Shown here: piece by piece, positions 19,250 through 27,719 of the stretch
Layout: every line of letters begins with the position of its first letter
How positions within the stretch are numbered: position 1 is the first letter of the stretch
DNA from: Myxococcales bacterium
GTDB taxonomy: Bacteria > Desulfobacterota > Binatia > HRBIN30
NCBI GenBank assembly: GCA_037445065.1
Contig: JBBILD010000004.1
Span: 64,001 to 128,000, forward strand
Reading direction: 5' to 3'
DNA: 64,000 nucleotides
Made by a program: the position numbers and the translations under genes
Notes under the pieces: model-generated
Databases searched by the model: none
What the model was told of the DNA's origin: nothing
What the model saw: only the letters and a program-made list of their open reading frames with translations

Positions 19250-19550
19250 ATGGATGAACAGCCGGAACAACCGGGCACCGTGCCGTGTCCGTTCTGCAAG
19301 GAGCCGGTTCTCTTTGGTGCGATCAAATGCAAGCACTGCGGAAGCGATTTGGCCGCTGCAAAGAAATCAGATCTCGCGGCCGGTTGTTTGGGGCTCCTTC
19401 GTGGGCCTATGGTACAAGGGCCATTGGGCAGCCGGCTTTGCGTGGCTCGTTATGGCAATGCTCTTTGCCCTCGGTTCCGGGGGTTGGCTTTTACCCTTCT
19501 TCTGGATCGGCATGGCCGTACATGCCGCTCTTGCCAAACCGAAGGGTTGA
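19250..19550 (+). pseudogene. Zinc-ribbon plus membrane-hairpin small protein, frameshifted
   Basis: CPFCKEPVLFGAIKCKHCGSDL then AAGCLGLL. The reading continues in another frame as VGLWYKGHWAAGFAWLVMAMLF...KPKG*. Break near 19400. Confidence 0.65.
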
Positions 19551-20125
19551 TTCGGTCGGCAGAACCCCAAACCTGGGTTGCGGTAGTAGCCCGCGTGAGC
19601 CGGTACATTCGATGATCAAGCGCGCCGCTGCGAGCGGTGATTCGGTCTTCCAGGTGAACCGGCCGAAGGGGTCGTTCGCCCGCTCGCAACGAGGCAACCG
19701 AAGTTCGCGTCATGGCCGCGCGGACTGTGTGTCGGCCATGCGCAAGCAGCCGTAAGGTATGGGCAGTCCGAGCGGCCCCGAACGTGCGTCGGTGCGGTGC
19801 CTCGCAGCACCTGTGTGCAGGCACCGGCGACCTGGGCAAACTTGGCCGCCTTGAAATTGCCAAGAACACCTGCGGCCCCCGGGGGGCCCGGCGCGGCACC
19901 CCTTTGGAACATCCGGACAAGAACCGGGAAGCGTTCCGCCGCCAAAAATGGTCTCGGCTTGAGTGTCGCCGACCACCTAGGAAGGCGTAGGCACACGGTT
20001 TCCCCTGGCGTCGCAGCGGCGACCGAATCCGATCGGACAAGGTGTCTGCCGCTGTGGCTCCACCCGGAGAAACCCGGCCTGAGCTTCGGGTCGGGGCTGC
20101 GTGCCCCAAAAAAAATTCAAGAGTT

Positions 20126-20154
20126 GGGAACTTTTTGTTCCGTTTCAGCGTTTA
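20126..20154 (+). promoter_or_regulatory. ECF sigma-type promoter, copy 1 (upstream of yceI-like gene)
   Basis: GGGAAC-17 nt-CGTTTA with an upstream A-tract; same architecture at 24672 and 27052. Confidence 0.8.
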
Positions 20155-20199
20155 ATAGGGCGAAAGAAACCCCGCAGCAGGGGAACGAAGGAGGCTTGG

Positions 20200-20793
20200 A
20201 TGCGAGGAAGGTTATGGTTGCTTTCGATCGCGGCGGGCGTGATGCTGGCGAGCCAAGCGAGCGCTGCCGTCTACTCGGTGGATCCCGAACACACCAGTGT
20301 CACCTTTACCGTCCGGCACTTGCTGACCAAGGTCAAAGGAAGGTTCGACCGCTTCGAAGGCCGCATTGTTTTTGACCCAGCCAAGCCGGAGGCCACGGTG
20401 GTCACCGGCTCGATCGATGTGGCCAGTATCAATACGAACGTCGAGGAGCGCGACAAGGACCTGCGCTCGCCGCGTTTTTTCGACGCCGACAAGTTTCCCA
20501 AGATCCGGTTTCGCTCGCTTAAAGTGACCGACCTGAGCGCCGACAAGAAGAGCGGCAAAATGCATGGCCTGCTGACCATTCGAGACGTCGAGCGTCCGGT
20601 CGTGCTGGATGTGAGTTATCTCGGTGAGGTCAAGGACCCGTGGGGAAACGTGCGCGCGGCATTTACCGCGTCCACCATGATCAACCGGAAGGACTTCGGC
20701 CTCACCTGGAACGAAGTGCTCGAGACCGGAGGCGTGCTGGTCGGTGACGAGATCAAAATTGAACTGGACGTGGAAGGGCTGCGCCAGGATTGA
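20200..20793 (+). CDS. YceI-family periplasmic lipid/polyisoprenoid-binding protein
   Basis: Signal peptide; YSVDPEHTSVTFTVRH, SINTNVEERDKDLRSPRFFD, INRKDFGLTWN; GGAGG RBS. Confidence 0.93.
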   Translation: MRGRLWLLSIAAGVMLASQASAAVYSVDPEHTSVTFTVRHLLTKVKGRFDRFEGRIVFDPAKPEATVVTGSIDVASINTNVEERDKDLRSPRFFDADKFPKIRFRSLKVTDLSADKKSGKMHGLLTIRDVERPVVLDVSYLGEVKDPWGNVRAAFTASTMINRKDFGLTWNEVLETGGVLVGDEIKIELDVEGLRQD

Positions 20794-21009
20794 GCCATGA
20801 GGCACACGAAACGCACTGTGCGTGCGGTGCCACGCGGCGGACCCCCCCCCCCCAGGCTGGCGGTACGGGGTCCCGATCCAGCGTGGCCTGATGGCCGGCA
20901 AACGTGCGCTGCCACCCAAGAACGGGCGCCGCCCTGCCGCTGACCGTAGCGATGGGGAGGAATGGTAGCGAACTCGTAGGAAGCAAAGCGAAGAACGGAG
21001 GGACTTTTG

Positions 21010-21303
21010 ATGAACCGGGAATCGAAGACAGCGAAAGTGTTGCTGGCCTCGGCGGTCGCTGGGCTGCTGGCGGCGGGAAGCTTGGCCACGCCAGCGCGGG
21101 CTGCCGAAGAAGGCAAAGTCAAATGTTACGGCGTAAACGCTTGCAAGGGGCAAGGAGCTTGCGGCGGGAAAGGTCACTCCTGTGCGGGCAAAAACGCCTG
21201 CAAGGGTCAGGGCTACCTGGAGATGAGCAAAGACGAGTGCCTCAAGAAGGGTGGGCGGCTCACCGAGGAAGCGGAGCAAAAGCCGGCTGGGAAATCGAGC
21301 TGA
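21010..21303 (+). CDS. Exported Cys-rich RiPP precursor, bufferin (BufA2)-like
   Basis: Sec signal ending ARA, then KCYGVNACKGQGACGGKGHSCAGKNACKGQGYLEMSKDECLKKGG (6 Cys, internal repeat NACKGQG twice); directly upstream of a DUF692 gene. Confidence 0.85.
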   Translation: MNRESKTAKVLLASAVAGLLAAGSLATPARAAEEGKVKCYGVNACKGQGACGGKGHSCAGKNACKGQGYLEMSKDECLKKGGRLTEEAEQKPAGKSS

Positions 21304-21316
21304 ACGGCGGCTCTCG

Positions 21317-22171
21317 ATGGGTAGTTGGCCGAACTTGGGCTTTGGGGTCGGTTTGCGGCCGGTCCATTACGACTCGGTGATCGACGCGCCCCGCCAAGTA
21401 GACTGGTTCGAGGTGATCACGGAAAACTATCTGGACACCTCGGGCCGCCCGCTCTGGGTGCTGGAGCGGGTGCGCCGCGACTACCCGATTGCCCTGCACG
21501 GCGTTGGACTCTCGATCGGTTCTGTGGATCCGTTGGACCACGCCTACCTGCGCCGCTTGCGCTCCTTGGTACGGCGCATCGATCCTGTGCTGGTGACCGA
21601 CCATCTGTGCTGGACCGGCGTGGATGGACATCACCTCTTCGACCTGCTTCCCCTGCCGTACACCGAAGAAGCCTTGAAGCATGTCGCCGCCCGAGTCCGC
21701 GCCGTGCAGGAGATCCTCGGCCGCCGCATTTTGCTCGAAAACCCCTCGACCTACATCGCATTTCGACACTCGACGATGCGGGAATGGGAGTTCTTGGCTG
21801 CGGTCGCAGCGGAAGCGGACTGCGGCATCCTGCTCGACGTCAACAACGTTTACGTGAGTGCCTTTAATCACGGCTTCGACCCGCAGGAGTACATGGACGC
21901 CATCCCGCCTGAACGAGTCGGGCAGTTTCACCTCGCCGGATACACCGACATGGAGGACTACCTGTTCGACACCCACAGTTGCCCGGTTTCCGGGGGAGTG
22001 TGGGAACTGTACGCGCACGCCGTGCGCCGCTTCGGGCCGGTGTCCACGATTGTCGAGTGGGACGCCGACATTCCACCGTTCTCCGTCGTGGTCGGCGAAG
22101 CCAGGCAAGCGAAGACGATCGCGCAGAGGGTGTATGGCAGTGAAGAGCAACGCGCCGCCGACGCTGCGTGA
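21317..22171 (+). CDS. Multinuclear non-heme iron oxidative enzyme (MNIO, DUF692/UPF0276)
   Basis: GVGLRPVHY, WFEVITENYL, LHGVGLSIGS, TDHLCW, DLLPLP, LLENPSTY, LLDVNNVYV, FHLAGY, FDTH, VEWD. Confidence 0.95.
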   Translation: MGSWPNLGFGVGLRPVHYDSVIDAPRQVDWFEVITENYLDTSGRPLWVLERVRRDYPIALHGVGLSIGSVDPLDHAYLRRLRSLVRRIDPVLVTDHLCWTGVDGHHLFDLLPLPYTEEALKHVAARVRAVQEILGRRILLENPSTYIAFRHSTMREWEFLAAVAAEADCGILLDVNNVYVSAFNHGFDPQEYMDAIPPERVGQFHLAGYTDMEDYLFDTHSCPVSGGVWELYAHAVRRFGPVSTIVEWDADIPPFSVVVGEARQAKTIAQRVYGSEEQRAADAA

Positions 22172-23000
22172 GTTGCAGCGGTGGATGTGCGCGGTGATCC
22201 GCGCGCCGCAGCCAGCCGACAGGAAGCGCTCGCCACGAGCGGACTGTAGCGCGTACGTGCTTCCTGCGGCTCCTCAAGCCGCGGCAGTGCGCCTCCAAGT
22301 TTATATCGGTGGATACCCAGCGCGTATCCGCGAGTCGCTCGAGGAAAGCTTCCCAGCCGTAGCCAAAGTCCTCGGCCCGCGGCATTGGACCCGCTTGGTC
22401 GAGCGGTACACCCGTTGGGCGCCGCAGCCTTCGTACAACCTGAATCACGCTGGGGCGCTGTTGCCGAAGTTGCTGCGCACCGACCCGCTTGCCCTGGAGT
22501 TCCCGTTTCTTCCCGACTTGGCGCGGCTCGAATGGCAAGTTGTCAAGGCGTTTCATGCCCGCGCGATGCGGCCACTATCTGCCAGTGCCGTGGCGCAGTG
22601 GTCGAGCGAGCAGTGGGAGCGCGCGGTCATCCGCTTCCAGCCGGCAGTGTCGGTTGTGGAGTCGGATTGGCCGGTCCGTAAAATCTGGTGGAGCGCGCTG
22701 CAGGGCAAGCTGCGCGGCCGAATGCCGCGGAGTCGCCAGCGCAATTACGCCCTGGTGTGGAGGGCAGGTTTCCGCGTGCGCTGCGACGCAATCTCGGCTG
22801 GAGAGGCGCAAGCACTGGGGTTGCTGCTTCGCCGCTGTACCCTAGGGGAGCTGAGTCGGCACCTGCAGGGTCGCGTCGCGCCCTCGGAAGTGACGAGGTG
22901 GTTCTCGTCCTGGATGGCGGCGGGAATGATCGTGGGATGTACAGCAAATGGGCTTGGCGAGCAGGCGGCCGCCTTGGAGAAGGGGACATGCAAGCGGTAG
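22134..23000 (+). CDS. MNIO partner protein (DUF2063 / HvfC-BufC-like)
   Basis: LRELQRWM...RLQVYIGGYPARIRESLEESFPAVAKVLG...FLPDLARLEW; overlaps the MNIO 3' end. Confidence 0.88.
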   Translation: MAVKSNAPPTLRELQRWMCAVIRAPQPADRKRSPRADCSAYVLPAAPQAAAVRLQVYIGGYPARIRESLEESFPAVAKVLGPRHWTRLVERYTRWAPQPSYNLNHAGALLPKLLRTDPLALEFPFLPDLARLEWQVVKAFHARAMRPLSASAVAQWSSEQWERAVIRFQPAVSVVESDWPVRKIWWSALQGKLRGRMPRSRQRNYALVWRAGFRVRCDAISAGEAQALGLLLRRCTLGELSRHLQGRVAPSEVTRWFSSWMAAGMIVGCTANGLGEQAAALEKGTCKR

Positions 23001-23161
23001 CTGCACAACCCCGATCTCAGGCAGCCATTCCAGTCGGCGCGTGCAACGCGCTGGGTCCACCACGAACGCGCAGAGACGGTCTTCGAACCAGCCTGCACGG
23101 CCTCCGGCGTGAGCGCGAACTATGGTCGACCCCAGATGGCAACGGTGTTAAGCGAGCACGC

Positions 23162-23731
23162 GTGTCCAAGGGAGCTGGCGCTGAGCGGCCGCACTTCGAA
23201 CGTACCGCGCTACCTCACATGGAGTCAGTTTACAGTACGGCGGTGTACTTGTGCGGCAATCCGGACGAGGCAGCAGACCTCATGCAAGACACTTTCCTGC
23301 GCGCCTATCGGGCTTGGGACCAGTTTCAGCCGGGCACGAATTGCAAGGCCTGGCTTCTCAAGATCTTGTACAACACGTTTTGCAGTCAGTGGCGTCTGGC
23401 GCGCCGAAGCCCTCCCGTGGTTGCCCTGGAAGCGGCTGCCTCGGAGCAGGGACTCGCGGGAGAATCGGGTGGGTCGGCGGATGATCCGGAGAGTTTGCTG
23501 ACTGCGGGGTCGTTCGGGGAAGACATCCGCTCCGCCTTGCAGACATTACCGGAAGAGTATCGTCAGGTTGTTGTGCTCGTGGATATCGAGGAGCTGAGCT
23601 ATGGCGAAGCCGCCGAGGTCTTGCAGTGCCCAGTTGGCACGGTGCGCTCGCGGCTCGCGCGAGCGCGCACGGCTTTGCGCAAAACGTTGCTCGCTGCCAG
23701 GGAACGGAAGGGACGTTTTCGCTCGGGGTGA
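23162..23731 (+). CDS. ECF RNA polymerase sigma factor, SigH/SigR-like
   Basis: FERTALPHMESVY...AADLMQDTFLRAYRAWDQFQPGTNCKAWLLKILYNTF; LSYGEAAEVLQCPVGTVRSRLARAR. Start GTG 23162 or ATG 23219. Confidence 0.92.
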   Translation: MSKGAGAERPHFERTALPHMESVYSTAVYLCGNPDEAADLMQDTFLRAYRAWDQFQPGTNCKAWLLKILYNTFCSQWRLARRSPPVVALEAAASEQGLAGESGGSADDPESLLTAGSFGEDIRSALQTLPEEYRQVVVLVDIEELSYGEAAEVLQCPVGTVRSRLARARTALRKTLLAARERKGRFRSG

Positions 23732-23733
23732 CC

Positions 23734-24516
23734 ATGGACTGCCGCGCGTACCAGGAATGTGTTGCCGCTCACGTGGACGGGGCGCTCGACCCGCAAGAAC
23801 GGGACGAGGCGGAAGCTCACGTTCGTGCGTGCTCGGCCTGCGCAGAGCTGCGTGCCGAACAGGAAGAGATGAAAGCAACTCTGCGCGCGAGTGCGGCCCG
23901 CTACCCACTGCCCCCAGAAGTGCGAACCCGCGCGTTGCGCGCCCTCGATGTCGCCGCAGGTGTGCCGGTGGAGCCGCGCAGGCCCGGTTTCCTTCGACAG
24001 CGGCGCACCACTTGGCTCGCCCTCGTCGGTGCGGCTGCAGCACTGTTCGCGCTGGTCATTGCTAGACTCGTGACGGCCCCGGGAGATCCGTTGCTGTCTG
24101 CACTGGCCGAAGATGTGCGGAGCGCCAACGCGGGGCGATTGCACCTCGAGGTTCGCTCGCGCGACGTGGAGGAACTCCGCGCTTACTACCGGCAGGCCGG
24201 GTTCGAGTTCGAGCACACGGTGGGGGACTTTCGCGACGCGGGCTGGTCGGTCGTGGGAGCTACTGTGGGGCGGATCGGCAAGGTGCGGACCACACTCACG
24301 CTCTACGAGAGCAGCACCGGTAAAATCATTTGCCGCCGTTTTCTGGTGGGCACGCTGCCATTGCCACCGGGCGGCGAACGATTCGGGGATTACGCCGTGT
24401 ATTCCGTGGGCGACGTCACGATCGTCATCCACCGCATTGGGGATGTGCTGTGCGTCCTTGCCTCGACGATCCCTCGCGCTGAGTTCTTGCGGAACGTCGC
24501 CGGGGTGGACCTCTGA
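23734..24516 (+). CDS. Membrane anti-sigma factor with zf-HC2 (ZAS) zinc finger
   Basis: MDCRAYQECVAAHVDGAL...HVRACSAC (HxxxCxxC), one TM segment WLALVGAAAALFALVIA, extracytoplasmic C-terminal domain; 2 nt after the sigma stop. Confidence 0.9.
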   Translation: MDCRAYQECVAAHVDGALDPQERDEAEAHVRACSACAELRAEQEEMKATLRASAARYPLPPEVRTRALRALDVAAGVPVEPRRPGFLRQRRTTWLALVGAAAALFALVIARLVTAPGDPLLSALAEDVRSANAGRLHLEVRSRDVEELRAYYRQAGFEFEHTVGDFRDAGWSVVGATVGRIGKVRTTLTLYESSTGKIICRRFLVGTLPLPPGGERFGDYAVYSVGDVTIVIHRIGDVLCVLASTIPRAEFLRNVAGVDL

Positions 24517-24671
24517 GCTGGCGCGGCCGTTGGGGTTCTCCGTGCAGGGCAAGGCTGGGAATGGGTTGGGATCGGCCCTGGGTAGCGGCCATGGAGCGGC
24601 GTCGTTTGGAGTCGCATTCCCCCTGTCCGTGGGGTTGATCCGAAGCCGCGTGAAAAAAAATTTCTTTTTTC

Positions 24672-24700
24672 GGGAACTTTTTGCCCCGCCAAAGCGTTTA
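24672..24700 (+). promoter_or_regulatory. ECF sigma-type promoter, copy 2 (upstream of DUF3179 gene)
   Basis: GGGAAC-TTTTTGCCCCGCCAAAG-CGTTTA, preceded by an A8/T-rich tract. Confidence 0.8.
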
Positions 24701-24815
24701 TATAGGCGTGTTGCGGATACGGCGATGGTGGTTCGGCAGGGAGGCGGCAGCCAGGGCCTCCGCTCGTCCTTCGCGACGACTGTGCGCGGACGGCGCCCCG
24801 CTCGCCGCTGCCACC

Positions 24816-25790
24816 GTGGCGCCGAACGCAAAAGCCAGGAGGCTGCAAGGGAGCAAGGCGCTGCGCGCTTGCGCATGGGGAACGGTAATTTTGCTGATGG
24901 CGCCTGCCGTGCGGGCATTCGATGTGTCGCGCCGGAAAATCCCGCTGGAGGAAATCGTCTCGGGTGGTCCGCCGAAAGACGGGATTCCCGCATTGCGAAG
25001 CCCGAAGTTCGTCCCGGTCGAAAAGGCAACCTTCCTCGCTCGCGACGACGAAGTTGTGGGACTGGTCGTGCAAGGGGAAGCGAGAGCCTATCCGATTCGG
25101 ATCCTCAATTGGCACGAGGTGGTGAACGATCAGATCGCGGGCAGGCCCGTGGCGATCACCTACTGCCCGCTGACTGGCAGTGCGGTCGTGTTCGATCGGC
25201 GCGTAGGCGAGAACGTTCTCACCTTCGGCGTGTCGGGCAAGCTCTACCAAAGCAACGTTTTGATGTACGACCACCAGACCGAAAGCCTGTGGTCGCAGCT
25301 CGCGCAAGAGGCCGTTACCGGGGAACGAATGGGGACCCGACTGCAAGCGGTCGCAGCAGAAGTGACTTCTTGGGAGGACTGGCGCTCCCGGCACCCGAAA
25401 ACCTTAGTGCTTTCACACGAGACTGGCTTTGCCCGCGATTACGGGCGCGATCCGTACCGCTGGTATCACGAGTCACCAGAAGTCATGTTCCCGGTCACGC
25501 GAGTAGACCCCCGCTTGCATGCCAAAGAATGGGTTCTCGGGATCGAGATCGGTGGTGCCGCGCGCGCTTACCCACTGCCGTCGCTGTCGAGGCACAGCCG
25601 TCTCGATGACGAGCTGGGAGGGGTTCGCATCCGTATAGAGTATGAGCCGCGTACCCGGCGCGCGGCCGTACGACGCCCCGACACGAGCGAGCCCCTCCCA
25701 TCTGTGCTTGCGTACTGGTTCGCGTGGGCGGCCTTTCACCCGCGAACCGAAGTATGGACTCCCAAACCGGCCGCGCCAAACCAGCCGTAA
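24816..25790 (+). CDS. DUF3179-family exported protein
   Basis: SGGPPKDGIPAL, ARAYPIRILNWHEVVND, TYCPLTGS, FGVSGKLYQSNVLMYDHQTESLWSQ, YWFAWAAFHP. Start uncertain; the track's TTG 24681 lies inside the promoter. Confidence 0.88.
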   Translation: MAPNAKARRLQGSKALRACAWGTVILLMAPAVRAFDVSRRKIPLEEIVSGGPPKDGIPALRSPKFVPVEKATFLARDDEVVGLVVQGEARAYPIRILNWHEVVNDQIAGRPVAITYCPLTGSAVVFDRRVGENVLTFGVSGKLYQSNVLMYDHQTESLWSQLAQEAVTGERMGTRLQAVAAEVTSWEDWRSRHPKTLVLSHETGFARDYGRDPYRWYHESPEVMFPVTRVDPRLHAKEWVLGIEIGGAARAYPLPSLSRHSRLDDELGGVRIRIEYEPRTRRAAVRRPDTSEPLPSVLAYWFAWAAFHPRTEVWTPKPAAPNQP

Positions 25791-26207
25791 ATTGCGAGCA
25801 AACGATGCGGTTCACGACGACTTGCCTTGCTCGAGCCGAGTGCGGCGCCCTTGCAGGTCAAACGGTCGCACGGGGCACGCGGCGAGTTGGGTTGGCGAGG
25901 AACCACGAGCACTGCCGATGATCACGAGCCCCTGCGCACGATCCCACAGAGATGGTCGTGACCGTGCGGGTCGGCGGTCGGCGTCGCGAAAACGCTACGG
26001 GCTTGGTTTCTGGGCAGAAATTCTAGGGCGAAACTCAGCGTTCCTGCTCTTTTGCGTGGCGGGAGTACGACCAGCGACTCGCTCCCATTTCGCGGCGGCA
26101 AGGCAAGTGGCGCCGGTTGTTGGCCTGGCTTCGGTTCATCACCGCAGGGCCCAGGCTGGCGGCGCAGTGCAGCGAGTTCCGAGAAAACAAAGAGTCGAGG
26201 AGCACCG

Positions 26208-26576
26208 ATGAGTTTTGCCGCTCACTTGCTGGCCCAACCTCTTTGGGTGGTGGTTTGGGTTTCCTGGCTGGGGACGATGAACGCGGTGAGCATCTTTTTT
26301 CTCCGTCATCGCGAGGCACGCTGGGTTCTCGCAGCTTTTGCGAGCGCGGCCGTCTTCATGCACGTTTTGTTCGCCGTGAACGGGTTTAACCGCTTGCTCG
26401 GCCTGGCCCATCTCGTGTTCTGGACTCCCCTTTTGGTTTACCTTTGGAACGCGCTCGGCCGAATTGCCGCCACCTCGGGCTACGGAGTGTGGCTCCGCCT
26501 CCTGTTCGCCAGCAACGCCATTTCTTTGCTTTTCGATTTCACCGACGTCGTCCGTTATTTGCTCGGCGAGCGTTGA
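26208..26576 (+). CDS. Small multi-pass membrane hypothetical protein
   Basis: GAGGAG RBS; about 4 hydrophobic segments; QPLWVVVWVSWL, RLLGLAHLVFWTPLLVYL, DVVRYLLGER. Confidence 0.8.
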   Translation: MSFAAHLLAQPLWVVVWVSWLGTMNAVSIFFLRHREARWVLAAFASAAVFMHVLFAVNGFNRLLGLAHLVFWTPLLVYLWNALGRIAATSGYGVWLRLLFASNAISLLFDFTDVVRYLLGER

Positions 26577-27051
26577 GCGGGGCCGCTGTGCACAGGAGCA
26601 ACCCGCACTGCCGTAGGGCACCGTTATTCAGCCACTGGCGAGGCATAGTCGCACGTGAAGTCTCAGCGGCTCGCGGGCTTTGCGGGTCTGGAAATCTGGC
26701 GCCGTGCGCGACGCGGCGAATGGCTGAGCGGCCGACGCGGTGTCGCATCCTTGCCGACGGAGTAGCGGGAGGGAGGCGGGTAGCGCTGGGCCGTCCTGCG
26801 GGCTTGCGTGTGTTGTGGCCGTGCCCAGCAAGCCATTCGCCGAATCGCCTCCAGGAAGTCCGGCGTTGCTCGGGACGGGAACGTCTCGAGGTCACTGTGC
26901 AGGTGCGGCCAACGAATGCGTCGAGCCGCCCGGCCAGAGGTGGCCCACTTCTCCCGGCACGACCCTCCGTGTTCCGGGGCGGTGTGCTGGCAATTCGGCG
27001 CAACCCACTCGGGGCCCGTCCCGAGCTGCGGAGAAGGAAACGAAAAAAAGC

Positions 27052-27080
27052 GGGAACTTTTTCGCGAGGAAAAGCGTTTA
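27052..27080 (+). promoter_or_regulatory. ECF sigma-type promoter, copy 3 (upstream of DsrE-like gene)
   Basis: GGGAAC-TTTTTCGCGAGGAAAAG-CGTTTA, preceded by an A7 tract. Confidence 0.8.
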
Positions 27081-27137
27081 AAGGGTTGGTTTCGGATTTT
27101 TCGCAGCGCTCGAGAGCGCGGGAAGGAGACGGGAAAG

Positions 27138-27587
27138 ATGAAGGAGTTGGTACTTTCCGTGGCGATCGCCTTCACAGGCGTCGCCTTGGCGGCGACGGCG
27201 CTCAAGCAGCCTGAATCGAAGGGGAAGTTCGTTGTGATTTTGCAGGCGGGACGCGAGTCGCATGAAGGACTGGCACGCGCGGTCCATGCCCTGCTGTACA
27301 CCATGGAACTCAAGGAGCACGGGCATGAAGTGGTGCTGGTGCTCGACGGCGCTGGTACGGAGTGGGCGGAGGAGTGGACGAGAGCGGAGTCCACTCACAA
27401 GCTCACGCCGGTCTACCGCAAGCTGCGCAAAATGGGGATCACCGAGGTCATTTGCGACTTTTGCGCTGGCGCCTTCCATGTGAAGGAAGCGCTCAAAGAG
27501 CGCAACGCGCCGTTGCTGGCCGAGTACGAAGGTCACCCGAGTGTGGCCAAGTGGGCTGACCGCGGGTACCAGTTGATCGTCCTCTGA
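27138..27587 (+). CDS. Exported DsrE/DsrF-like protein with CxxC
   Basis: AAGGAG RBS; signal peptide; ARAVHALLYTMELKEHGHEVVLVLDGAGT, VICDFCAGAF, EYEGHPS. Confidence 0.8.
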   Translation: MKELVLSVAIAFTGVALAATALKQPESKGKFVVILQAGRESHEGLARAVHALLYTMELKEHGHEVVLVLDGAGTEWAEEWTRAESTHKLTPVYRKLRKMGITEVICDFCAGAFHVKEALKERNAPLLAEYEGHPSVAKWADRGYQLIVL

Positions 27588-27719
27588 GGGCGCTCGGTGT
27601 CGGGTAAGCATAGGTGCGGGCGTCGCTCGTGTGGGATCTGGCGCTGTATGCAGGCGAGGCTCCTAGGATGCCGGGTTTTCTTGGGTCGTTGACTCCGTTC
27701 TTGCAAGGAGGATTCGCAC

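Noticed and set aside
24816..27587. Selenocysteine recoding in the DUF3179 or DsrE-like genes
   Set aside because: No in-frame TGA at the Cys motifs; they read CPLT and CDFC with ordinary Cys codons.
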